Shown: positions 47,705 to 57,026 of the stretch, piece after piece | How positions within the stretch are numbered: position 1 is the stretch's first letter | Layout: each line of letters opens with the position of its first letter | Program-made: the position numbers and the translations under genes | Notes under the pieces: generated by a model | Told to the model about the DNA's origin: nothing | What the model saw: the letters and a program-made list of their open reading frames with translations, nothing else | Database searches by the model: none | Source: an uncultured Bacteroidia bacterium | GTDB lineage: Bacteria > Bacteroidota > Bacteroidia > NS11-12g > UBA9320 | Direction: 5' to 3' | Length of the DNA: 64,000 bases | NCBI GenBank assembly: GCA_943789165.1 | Contig: CALSTB010000005.1 | Coordinates: 601,827 to 665,826, forward strand

Positions 47705-48527
47705 TACACTTACGTTCACTTGTAGCCAATCGGTAACACAAGCGTACAGTACTTCGTTTTATTCTTCCGTTAGCATGCTGGATCCTAGCATTCAAACAGA
47801 TATCCATAATATTTATGGCTTTGTGCGCTTCGCGGATGAAATTGTAGACTCATTCCTAGAACATGACCAAGAAGCCCTGTTCGACAAATTTGAGGCAGAT
47901 TTATATGATGCCATTGTACAACGCATTAGTTTGAACCCAATCTTACATGCCTTTCAGATTACCTTTCATCAATATGGAATTGACCTTGAGTTGGTGAAGG
48001 CATTTATGAATAGCATGCGAATGGATCTTACAAAGTCGGTATATCAGACAAAAGAAGAATACGATACGTATATCTATGGGTCAGCCGATGTAGTTGGATT
48101 AATGTGTTTGAAAGTGTTCGTAAACGGTGATGAATCGTTGTACACGAAACTTAAACCGACAGCAATGAAGCTTGGGTCTGCATTTCAAAAAGTTAATTTT
48201 TTACGTGACTTGAAAAGTGATACCGAACTTTTGAACCGCAGTTACTTCCCTAATGTGGACTTTAACAATTTAAGTGCAGAAGTAAAACAATCAATCATTG
48301 ACGAAATAGAACAAGATTTCGCAGAGGCTTATATAGGCATCGTGCAATTGCCCAGAACTGCTCGGTTTGGCGTGTATACAGCCTATAAATATTACCGGCA
48401 GTTGCTTAAAAAATTGAAAAGAACACCGTCGACCAGGATTATGGAATCACGTATTAGGGTTAAAGACCATGTGAAGTGGGCATTACTGGTAAAATCCTAT
48501 ATGAACGTAAGACTGAACTTAATATGA
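47691..48527 (+). CDS. crtB: phytoene synthase
   Basis: Squalene/phytoene synthase motifs (YGFVRFADEIVD, YIYGSADVVGLM, RDLKSD). Alternative ATG at 47679. Confidence 0.92.
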   Translation: MKQFDTLTFTCSQSVTQAYSTSFYSSVSMLDPSIQTDIHNIYGFVRFADEIVDSFLEHDQEALFDKFEADLYDAIVQRISLNPILHAFQITFHQYGIDLELVKAFMNSMRMDLTKSVYQTKEEYDTYIYGSADVVGLMCLKVFVNGDESLYTKLKPTAMKLGSAFQKVNFLRDLKSDTELLNRSYFPNVDFNNLSAEVKQSIIDEIEQDFAEAYIGIVQLPRTARFGVYTAYKYYRQLLKKLKRTPSTRIMESRIRVKDHVKWALLVKSYMNVRLNLI

Positions 48528-49045
48528 AATCAAAGATTTTTCTATTTATAGCGATAATTACCGGATTCGTGCTGGTTTCGTTTACACGCGAAGCCAGCCA
48601 TATTCGGGATGATTTTCATAAGGCAGTTACGTCAGAGTGCAAGCTACAGACCATCATTGTTTCTAAAACATACCCAAACAATGCAATGACGAAGGCGTAC
48701 AAAGGATTGGCGTCCTGTACATCAGCAGACTTTGCGACATGGCCAACAACAAAGTGGAAATACTTTACAGAAGGCAAGACGCTAATTGAATCGGCCATTA
48801 AGAGCGAGACAAGTAATCCTGAAATCCGATATGTGCGGTTAATGGTACAATTGAATGCACCCGCTCTAGTAGGTTATAGCGATGAGATTTCAAATGATTT
48901 GGCAATATTTGTAAAGGAACTGCCTCATTATTCGATTGACACATCATGGAAATCAACTTTTATTGACAACTTGAAAAATTCAAATGAATTATCGACGAGT
49001 CAAAGTAATACACTGAAAACTTTAAAAGAAGGCATCATAAAATGA
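48524..49045 (+). CDS. hypothetical membrane-anchored protein embedded in the crt operon
   Basis: Start ATG at 48524 overlaps the crtB stop (ATGA) and its stop overlaps the crtZ start (ATGA). N-terminal TM/signal MKSKIFLFIAIITGFVLVSF. Confidence 0.6.
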   Translation: MKSKIFLFIAIITGFVLVSFTREASHIRDDFHKAVTSECKLQTIIVSKTYPNNAMTKAYKGLASCTSADFATWPTTKWKYFTEGKTLIESAIKSETSNPEIRYVRLMVQLNAPALVGYSDEISNDLAIFVKELPHYSIDTSWKSTFIDNLKNSNELSTSQSNTLKTLKEGIIK

Positions 49046-49518
49046 CGATTTTACTCTTTTTTGCCACCTTCTTTTTTATGGAATTTGTGGCCTGGTTTAC
49101 GCACAAATTTGTGATGCATGGACTTTTATGGAATCTCCATGAAGACCACCACACCCATACCAATAAGACATTTTTTGAGAAGAACGATGCGTTCTTTCTC
49201 ATTTTCGCTATTCCCAGCTTCCTATTGATTTTGTTCGGGAGTTTAAACGCTTCTGCCATATTACTTGCCGTTGGATTTGGGATCATGGCGTACGGTTTTT
49301 GTTACTTTCTGGTTCATGATGTATTCATACATCAGCGGTTTAAATGGCTCCGAAATAGCGACAATATCTATTTTAGGGCCATTAGACGCGCTCATAAAAG
49401 ACATCATAAACACTTAACAAAAGAACATGGTGAGTGCTTTGGTATGTTATTAGTACCCTTCCAGTATTTCAAAACCGAGTTGAAAAAACATAAAGTCAAA
49501 TCTCAGGCGTCAACCTGA
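49042..49518 (+). CDS. crtZ: beta-carotene 3-hydroxylase
   Basis: Histidine boxes HEDHH, HDVFIHQRF and HKRHHKH; about 158 aa. Confidence 0.9.
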   Translation: MTILLFFATFFFMEFVAWFTHKFVMHGLLWNLHEDHHTHTNKTFFEKNDAFFLIFAIPSFLLILFGSLNASAILLAVGFGIMAYGFCYFLVHDVFIHQRFKWLRNSDNIYFRAIRRAHKRHHKHLTKEHGECFGMLLVPFQYFKTELKKHKVKSQAST

Positions 49519-49576
49519 TTAAATTCATATGACGCCCTAATTTCTCTTTCTAATTTCGAATGAAATATGTGAAGTT

Positions 49577-49786
49577 ATGAAAAAGAATATGGGAAAAACG
49601 GACAAAATGGTCCGACTAATTGTCGCAGCTGTCTTACTCGTTTTGTTTTTAACCAACGTTATTAGTGGAACTCTCGGAATTGTGGCCTTAATACTGGCGG
49701 CTGTGTTTGTAGCAACTAGTTTTATCAATTTTTGTCCACTGTATTTGCCTTTCGGTATATCAACACGGTCTAAATCAGAGCAGTAG
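49577..49786 (+). CDS. DUF2892 (YgaP-like) small membrane protein
   Basis: GKTDKMVRLIVAAVLL... plus the FCPLY motif. Confidence 0.7.
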   Translation: MKKNMGKTDKMVRLIVAAVLLVLFLTNVISGTLGIVALILAAVFVATSFINFCPLYLPFGISTRSKSEQ

Positions 49787-49823
49787 AAATTCTTTATTAC
49801 ATTTGATTCATGTGCCCAATCAA

Positions 49824-50472
49824 ATGAATCGAATTCAAATAATCACTGCGCTAGCATTTCTATTTTTTACCACAAATACATGTTTGTCTCAAAACAGTTC
49901 GTGGTGGATTATATTTTTCTCCTGAATTAAACCTACCCCTTCAACAACCGAACAATGCGTTCGTAGCGGAAGTTAGTCCTCAGATAGGTTTTACAACAGG
50001 TGGTTTGGTAGAATTTGACATTAAAGAAAACTGGAAAATTAGAATGGGAATTGGCTTTACCAAGTCAAGGTATTACACAACACACGTAGGCATTTTTGCG
50101 AGTGATATTGATCCCACATTGGGTTTCAGAACCCGTACAAATTATGTTTTTAATTCAATTGACGTACCGGCGTTGGTTGTATATCGCAAACCTGAGTCTA
50201 TGATTGGTGTATTCACAGGAATTGACCTGACGGCCTTCAGTAGCCAAGAAGTGGAATACGAGTATACGTCAGGGAGTAGATTTGAAAACATGTCATTTGT
50301 GTCTGTAAATCCATCTGTTAACCTTGGTTTACAGTATCGCTTTTATGTTGGAAGTAGACCATTGGCTGTGATGATAGAGCCATATACGCGGTATTATTTA
50401 CGATCTACAGGGCTGTCGCTCACAAACCTACTATCAACTGGATTACGCGTTGTTTTCGATAGGCCATTTTAA
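49824..50472 (+). pseudogene. outer-membrane beta-barrel (porin-family) gene with a frameshift near 49890-49900
   Basis: The ATG at 49824 encodes signal peptide MNRIQIITALAFLFFTTNTCLSQNS, then stops at 49923. The +1 frame carries on as RGGLYFSPELN... into ORF 50005..50472. The break is at an A4 run. Confidence 0.6.
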
Positions 50473-50535
50473 GCTCGTTTAACTTGTTTAACCGTGTATT
50501 AAAAGCCTACCTTCGCGGCCTTTTAAAATGCCGCA

Positions 50536-52149
50536 ATGAGGAAACTATTCCACAATTTTACATCAAACCCTAAAAACGATATTTTATCAGGCTTAACAGT
50601 CGCTTTAGCTTTAGTACCAGAAGCAGTTGCCTTCGCATTTGTGGCGGGTATTGATCCTTTAGTGGGTCTTTATGGCGCCTTTATGATGGGATTAGTGACA
50701 GCGCTATTTGGTGGTAGACCTGGGATGATTTCTGGCGCAACTGGGGCCATGGCGGTAGTGATGGTTCATTTGATCCAGAAAGGAAACGAAGTTGGAGACG
50801 CATTGGCAGAACCAGTCACCAATTTAGGTTTGCAGTGGTTGTTCATCACACTTCTATTTGTTGGTATCATTCAAATTATGGCTGGGTTTTTAAAGCTTGG
50901 GAAATTTGTCAGGTTAATACCTCACCCTGTAATGATGGGTTTTGTCAATGGTTTAGCCATTGTTATTTTCATTTCTCAGTTGGGAATGTTTAAACGCACC
51001 ATCGGTGGAGAAACACAATGGTTACAAGGCAGTCCCTTGTTTATCATGCTTGGCTTTGTACTATTCACCATGGCCATCATGCACTTCTTACCTAAGCTTA
51101 CGAAAAAAGTCCCGGCAGCATTAGCTGCGATAATAGTGGTTGCAGCCATCACCATTTTTGGTGGAATAGATGTTAGTACGGTTGGAAGCTTTATCCGAGA
51201 TGGGGGAGGAACTGGACTAAAAGGAAGTTTACCGTCGTTTCAAGGACAGATATTTACGCTTGGTTCAACACTCGTTGGCAACTGGGGATTAATTCTATCT
51301 ACAGCCGTATTGTTGGCTGCAGTAGGTTTGATAGAATCGCTAATGACTTTAAACTTGGTCGATGATTTAACAGAAACGCGTGGAAGTGGAAATAGAGAAT
51401 GTGTTGCCCAAGGTGGAGCCAATATACTAAACGGTTTGTTCGGAGGAATGGGAGGTTGCGCCATGATCGGTCAATCCATCATCAACGTGAATTCAGGAGG
51501 TCGTGGTAGACTTTCAGGAGTTGCTGCAGCTATTGCTTTGTTGTGTTTTGTATTATTCGGTGCTCCGTTAATTGAGCAAATTCCTATTGCCGCTCTTGTT
51601 GGAGTAATGTTTATGGTCGTGATTGGGACTTTTGCATGGAGTAGTTTCAGAATCATCAATAAAATTCCAACCGCTGATGCGATTGTTCTCATTGCCGTTT
51701 CTGCAATAACGGTATGGCAAGATTTAGCTGTGGCAGTAATTGCAGGTGTGATTATGTCGGCATTGGTATTTGCTTGGCAAAGTGCAACCATGATTCGGGC
51801 ACGTAAACGCATCAAGCCAGATGGCACCAAGGTGTATGAAATATGGGGACCGTTGTTCTTTGGTTCTACACAAACGTTTAACCGCAAATTTGATTACAGC
51901 GAAGACCCAGATTCTATCGAAATCGATTTTATAGAATCGAAAGTCTCAGATCATTCGGGTATTGAAGCCCTGTACAACGTAACAAACAAGTACTTAGACG
52001 CGGGTAAAAAGGTAAAACTAACCCACCTAAGTCCGGAATGTCAGGTTCTTTTATTAAAGGCAAACCCTGACTTTGCTAACATCATCGAACGTTCTATCGA
52101 CGACCCTCGGTATCATGTGGTTACTGATTTGATGGACTCAGAGGTTTAA
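50536..52149 (+). CDS. SulP-family anion transporter with STAS domain
   Basis: N-terminal DILSGLTVALALVPEAVAFA, multiple TM helices and a C-terminal STAS-like domain. Confidence 0.9.
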   Translation: MRKLFHNFTSNPKNDILSGLTVALALVPEAVAFAFVAGIDPLVGLYGAFMMGLVTALFGGRPGMISGATGAMAVVMVHLIQKGNEVGDALAEPVTNLGLQWLFITLLFVGIIQIMAGFLKLGKFVRLIPHPVMMGFVNGLAIVIFISQLGMFKRTIGGETQWLQGSPLFIMLGFVLFTMAIMHFLPKLTKKVPAALAAIIVVAAITIFGGIDVSTVGSFIRDGGGTGLKGSLPSFQGQIFTLGSTLVGNWGLILSTAVLLAAVGLIESLMTLNLVDDLTETRGSGNRECVAQGGANILNGLFGGMGGCAMIGQSIINVNSGGRGRLSGVAAAIALLCFVLFGAPLIEQIPIAALVGVMFMVVIGTFAWSSFRIINKIPTADAIVLIAVSAITVWQDLAVAVIAGVIMSALVFAWQSATMIRARKRIKPDGTKVYEIWGPLFFGSTQTFNRKFDYSEDPDSIEIDFIESKVSDHSGIEALYNVTNKYLDAGKKVKLTHLSPECQVLLLKANPDFANIIERSIDDPRYHVVTDLMDSEV

Positions 52150-52447
52150 TATTAGGGCGCTACGCTTTTGGCGTGTTGGCACATTGGTGTCTTAAGAAGC
52201 TATTCACCGCAAACGTCGCCAGGAGTTTGCAAAGAATCTGTCGACTTATGGAAAATCTCAAAAACGTCGTGATTACCCTGCTCTATTTTTCAACAGATTC
52301 TTCAGTTCTCGTCAACTCGAACCTCAGAATAGCAACCCTGGGGAATTTAGTCAGTGATTTAACATTTAGAATTTTACATTTCGGCCGCAGGCCGACAACT
52401 CGTAATGCCTCACACAACTTAGGATCAAAATTTCAAAAGATTAAAAT
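52150..52447. repeat. intergenic element carrying a variant of the ATTCTTC...GAAT hairpin module
   Basis: 52297-52330, attcttcagttctcgtcaactcgaacctcagaat, aligns with 58598-58631. There is also a GC hairpin tcggcc-gca-ggccga at 52381-52395. Confidence 0.55.
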
Positions 52448-54010
52448 CTAAGTAATCTCCTCAGTCGCATCAGCCTGGTTGATGAAAGTGATTTTCTTCC
52501 GTGTTATATCAACTATGTTTAATTTGATGTTCTTCTCATCCGACAAGTTCTTAAAGTCTTGAATGGCTAAGAATATATCATGATCAATAAAATCAACCTT
52601 CGTTCCATCCAACGTCAATTCATCTCCTTCTTCAAGCGAACTAAACAGTTTCATCAGTTCAGCACGATTGTAAAAGAAAACATCCTTTTTAAAGTGAATT
52701 ATCATGTGTCGATCAATTTGCTCCAATACAATTGCAGATCTGAAATTAGTAAATAAAACATAGCCAATTCCAACCAATAAACCGATTAAGATACCAATCA
52801 ATAAATCAGTAAATAATACTGCGATAATCGTAGTAATGAACGGTATGAATTGATCTTGACCTTCGTGGTATAAACGCTTGAACATGGATGGTTTGGCCAA
52901 CTTAAATCCTATTACCAATAATATAGCCGCCAATGCCGATAATGGAATCATATTTAAGATGTTAGGAATTAACATCACGGTACCAAATAAGAAAAATCCG
53001 TGTAAAATAGCTGCTAGTTTTGTTCGGCCTCCAGCTTGAATATTCGCCGAACTACGTACGATTACTTGCGTTACTGGTATACCTCCAATTAAACCAGAAA
53101 TAATGTTTCCAAATCCTTGGGCTTTTAATTCCCGATTGGTAGGGGTAATGTGTTTCCTTGGATCCAAACGGTCTGTGGCTTCAACACAAAGCAACGTTTC
53201 CAAACTGGCAATGATGGCAATTACAACCCCGACTTTAATAACTTTAAACTTAGCAAAAGAGGCAAGTGTTGGGTGTATAAGGTATTCGGACAGACCACTA
53301 AACGAGCCAATTTCTGGTATGCGAACCAAGTGTTCTTTACTGATTACCAGTGCTTCAGGAAACCAATAGTTTAAACCAATACCAGCGAAAACAGCCAGTA
53401 ATGGACCAGGAATTAGGTTTAATATTTTATTTCCTTTAACCCATTTGCTTTCCCAAAAAATAAGAATCACAAGACATATGGCTCCAACCATGAGCGCTCC
53501 AGGAACATAGTTTTCAAAGTTTAATAGTTCACTAAATGTCGTTTCTCCATCTGATTGGAAAAACTTAAAATCACCTTCAGGATCTTTGTCGACCCCTATA
53601 GCGTGCGGAATTTGTTTTAAAATAATTGATATACCAATCGCTGCCAACATTCCTTTAATCACAGAAGACGGAAAGTAAAAGGCAACTTTTCCTGCACCAA
53701 TGTATCCTAAGATAACTTGAATAACTCCTGCAATTACTACGGCTGCAAGGAACACTTCAAAGGACCCGATATCTTTTATCGCCTCTGCAACAATTACGGC
53801 TAGTCCAGCAGCTGGACCACTCACACCGAGCCGACTACCACTCATAAAACCAACTACAACACCACCAACAATTCCGGCAATTAGTCCAGAAAATAATGGA
53901 GCGTCTGATACCAGTGAAATCCCTAAACACAGCGGTAAGGCAACAAGAAAAACTACGATACTGGAGGATAAATCCTTCCCTAAAAATTTAAAATCAAATT
54001 CCTTTGACAT
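52448..54010 (-). CDS. SulP-family anion transporter with STAS domain (second paralogue)
   Basis: DLSSSIVVFLVALPLCLGISL, GPAAGLAVIV and a C-terminal STAS-like domain. Confidence 0.9.
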   Translation of the reverse strand: MSKEFDFKFLGKDLSSSIVVFLVALPLCLGISLVSDAPLFSGLIAGIVGGVVVGFMSGSRLGVSGPAAGLAVIVAEAIKDIGSFEVFLAAVVIAGVIQVILGYIGAGKVAFYFPSSVIKGMLAAIGISIILKQIPHAIGVDKDPEGDFKFFQSDGETTFSELLNFENYVPGALMVGAICLVILIFWESKWVKGNKILNLIPGPLLAVFAGIGLNYWFPEALVISKEHLVRIPEIGSFSGLSEYLIHPTLASFAKFKVIKVGVVIAIIASLETLLCVEATDRLDPRKHITPTNRELKAQGFGNIISGLIGGIPVTQVIVRSSANIQAGGRTKLAAILHGFFLFGTVMLIPNILNMIPLSALAAILLVIGFKLAKPSMFKRLYHEGQDQFIPFITTIIAVLFTDLLIGILIGLLVGIGYVLFTNFRSAIVLEQIDRHMIIHFKKDVFFYNRAELMKLFSSLEEGDELTLDGTKVDFIDHDIFLAIQDFKNLSDEKNIKLNIVDITRKKITFINQADATEEIT

Positions 54011-54075
54011 TGAACAAAATATTTTAAAAATGAAATATTGCTTAAAAAGCTAAAATGGGGTTTGGTTCGACAGGC

Positions 54076-54378
54076 TTAAGTCAAAGATTCCGGTGGTGGA
54101 GATATTACCGGGATAACAGGTGGCATGTCACTAAGAAATGAATGCGTCTGAACAAACTTACGTACGGTGTAGAAATATGCGGATACCTGCTGACAACAAA
54201 GTACTTGTTTGTCAACGTCATCTTCAACTTCATTTTTCTCACAAGGTACTTCAATGTCACTGTCAACAATTTCGGTCTTACCTAAAACGATATCAAGACA
54301 ATGCATAAACGGACACGCAGATCCAAGAATCAGCGTGGTTAGGACAATTGTGAAAATTCGAAATACGTTAGACGTCAA
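54076..54378 (-). CDS. small signal-anchored Cys-rich protein (possible HYC_CC_PP-type family)
   Basis: 100 aa with an N-terminal TM helix, then MHC, CC and PP motifs in that order. The family assignment is from memory and weak. Confidence 0.3.
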   Translation of the reverse strand: MTSNVFRIFTIVLTTLILGSACPFMHCLDIVLGKTEIVDSDIEVPCEKNEVEDDVDKQVLCCQQVSAYFYTVRKFVQTHSFLSDMPPVIPVISPPPESLT

Positions 54379-54498
54379 TTTTGTAAACTTAAGCTTGTTT
54401 AACGCCGTAAAGATAAAATAGTTTGAGTAACATTTACTTTGGATATTTGGAAGTAATAATAATCTTTACTAAAAATTACAGAGAATAGATAGAACCCA

Positions 54499-55161
54499 AT
54501 GAAGACACTGATTTTAATGTTGGTTTTATTAGAGTCACTGGTAGGTTTTGCTCAAGAGTTTCAGTTTGCAACAGGAATAAATAGGAATATGGTTTTAAAA
54601 AGTGCGGTAACGGATTATTTACCTATTCCTGTAAACGGCTATAGTTCGAGTTTGTCTATGCTAAATTATTATAAAGACACCATACCCTACAGGCTGACTT
54701 TAATTCAAGAGAACTACTTTGTAAATGTAGTTCAAAGCACGCAATCTTATCGCTGTGACCGTCTTAATGTTATTGATTTAACGTCTGAAATTCATTCAAT
54801 TGGATTCGTTTTTTATCCGCTGGTTTTAAAAAAGGGAATTTTTGAATTTGATTTTGGATTTCAATTTTCTACTACTTTTTTGGTTAATGCTTCCGGGTAT
54901 TACGGATGCGAGTCAAAAAATCCTGGATCATACGACATAACTTCGACTAACACCCATAAGTGGTTACATCTCAATAATGGGGGATTAAAAACACGTTTTA
55001 CAATTAACATTCCATTTGAAGAATGGAAAATTGTGCCGCAATACACTACATATTTTAGCCCACTTCAAGAGGCTAAGGATTTTTCTGGAAATTCAACTTT
55101 GAGGCACTTTTTTGGACTTGGGGTAAGTCATAGTATTAACTTTAAATCACAGAATGAATAA
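54499..55161 (+). CDS. hypothetical secreted/outer-membrane protein
   Basis: Signal peptide MKTLILMLVLLESLVGFAQ and an alternating beta-strand-like pattern. Confidence 0.45.
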   Translation: MKTLILMLVLLESLVGFAQEFQFATGINRNMVLKSAVTDYLPIPVNGYSSSLSMLNYYKDTIPYRLTLIQENYFVNVVQSTQSYRCDRLNVIDLTSEIHSIGFVFYPLVLKKGIFEFDFGFQFSTTFLVNASGYYGCESKNPGSYDITSTNTHKWLHLNNGGLKTRFTINIPFEEWKIVPQYTTYFSPLQEAKDFSGNSTLRHFFGLGVSHSINFKSQNE

Positions 55162-55810
55162 GCGAATCTTGAGGTGGGGTTTATTACTATTGGTTTTAGT
55201 TTGGGGTGTTTCATATGTATTCATTCAAAATTCGATACAAACTAAAACTGTCGGAATTCAGCCATTCGAAAACTTTCCGCAAGAATCCATCGATAGTGTC
55301 AAGCAATCAATATCTAGTCTTTATAAATTTCAAGTGGTTGTGTTACCACAACAAAATCTGCCCAAGGACTGCTTCATAAACGTTAAGTCTCCCAGATACC
55401 GAGCCGACAAGTTGCTGAAATATCTAAAAAGCAATCGCCCTGATTCGATTGATTTAATGCTTGGTCTCACGACAAAAGACATCTCAACAACAAAAAAAGA
55501 CAAAGATGGCAATGTGAAAAAACCTAAGTCAAAATATGAAGATTGGGGCATTTTCGGACTTGGTTATCGTCCCGGAAACGCAGCGATGGTTTCTACCTTT
55601 AGACTAAGAAAGCCAGGATTAACCATTGAGCGCTTACAGAAAGTGGTAACCCATGAAATCGGTCATAACCTAGGTTTAAAACATTGTAGCCAAAACAAAA
55701 ATTGTATAATGGATGATGCTGCGGAGTCCATTAAGACAATTGATGCAGCTGGTCGATTTTTATGTGATTATTGCAGTAGGAAAGTAAATGTGCAACATGC
55801 GTCAGAATAG
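55154..55810 (+). CDS. archaemetzincin-like zinc metalloprotease
   Basis: HEIGHNLGLKHC...C...CDYC matches the archaemetzincin HExxHxxGxxHC plus Cys4 pattern. Confidence 0.85.
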   Translation: MNKRILRWGLLLLVLVWGVSYVFIQNSIQTKTVGIQPFENFPQESIDSVKQSISSLYKFQVVVLPQQNLPKDCFINVKSPRYRADKLLKYLKSNRPDSIDLMLGLTTKDISTTKKDKDGNVKKPKSKYEDWGIFGLGYRPGNAAMVSTFRLRKPGLTIERLQKVVTHEIGHNLGLKHCSQNKNCIMDDAAESIKTIDAAGRFLCDYCSRKVNVQHASE

Positions 55811-56936
55811 ATTCATACTTATTTTACTTGTTATTGGTATTCTCTCTTGCAACCAAGGAGATAAAACCAGTGAGGAAACAGCAGAAGTAATTACCGATGG
55901 CTGGCAAGTTTCAACACCCGGTGCAGAAGGTTTTGATCAACAAAAGTTTACGGCTGTTATTGAGAAGTTGCCTTCTGACAATCCCAAACTGGATGGAATA
56001 GTGATAGCCAGACACGGAAAACTGATTGCAGACTACTATTACAATGGATATAGTGCAGATAAAATCCATAAAATTTGGTCCATTACGAAATCTGTAACTG
56101 GAACCACGTTGGGCATAGCGATAGACCAAGGTCTATTGTCTGAACACAACAGCATCGATGCATACTTATCGGAGTACCTAGAGGACGACACATCATTGAT
56201 ACGGTCGATTACAATTGAACACCTAATTACCATGACCAGCGGTTTTGAATGGACGGAACTTGGTGGTCCAACTTCGTCAAATTTTAAACTTGCTTATTCC
56301 AAGGATTGGATTGAATTTGTTTTAGGACAACCCATGATTCGTCCACCTGGAACCGTATATAACTATTCTACAGGAAACACCTTGCTTTTAGCACCGATTA
56401 TTAAAAAAGCGACTGGTAAACAAGTAAGTGATTTTGCTCAAAAGCATTTGTTTAAAGCATTGCAGATTACCAATTATGAATGGGATAGACAAAGTGAATT
56501 TTGGAGTAAGACCCAAGGTGGAGAATTACCAGGAGGAAAGGAGCCAACAAAGATACAGTACTAAAAGCCATTTGCAGATTTAACCAATACAGGCTCAGGT
56601 TTAAGGATGCGTCCAAGAGACATCACGAAGCTTGGACAGTTGTATTTGAATAAAGGTATGTGGAACGATAAACAAGTGCTAAGTGAAGCTTGGATCCAAG
56701 CCTCTACTCAACCACATTTCGGGAATGATGCGTACGGATACCATTGGCGGTTAATGCAGATTAACACTGAAACTTGTTATTATGCAACGGGTTTTGGAGT
56801 GCAAAGAATGTATGTATTTCCCCAATTGGATCTTGTTGTTACAATGGTGCAACAGCATTATAGGTCGATGCCTGAAGGAGATAGAGCGACACGAAATATC
56901 TTGAATGAAATAATTGAGTCTATAGGTAATCACTAA
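55788..56936 (+). pseudogene. serine hydrolase (class C beta-lactamase/PBP-like) interrupted by an in-frame TAA (56562-56564)
   Basis: ORFs 55788..56564 and 56607..56936 share one frame. SxxK motif WSITKS. The junction is IQY*KPFADLTNTGSGLRMRPRDITKLGQLYLNKG. Confidence 0.78.
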
Positions 56937-57026
56937 ATAGATCTTTCAATCCCTATTTGACGATGGTCAAAAGATTGACGACAACACTTCCAACATCATT
57001 CTAAAAAAATACCTTCCTTTGAGCGT

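Noticed and set aside
52173-52451. 92-aa ORF between the two SulP genes
   Set aside because: It lies wholly within the repeat/hairpin-bearing intergenic element, has no start context or recognisable motif, and its sequence is low-complexity.
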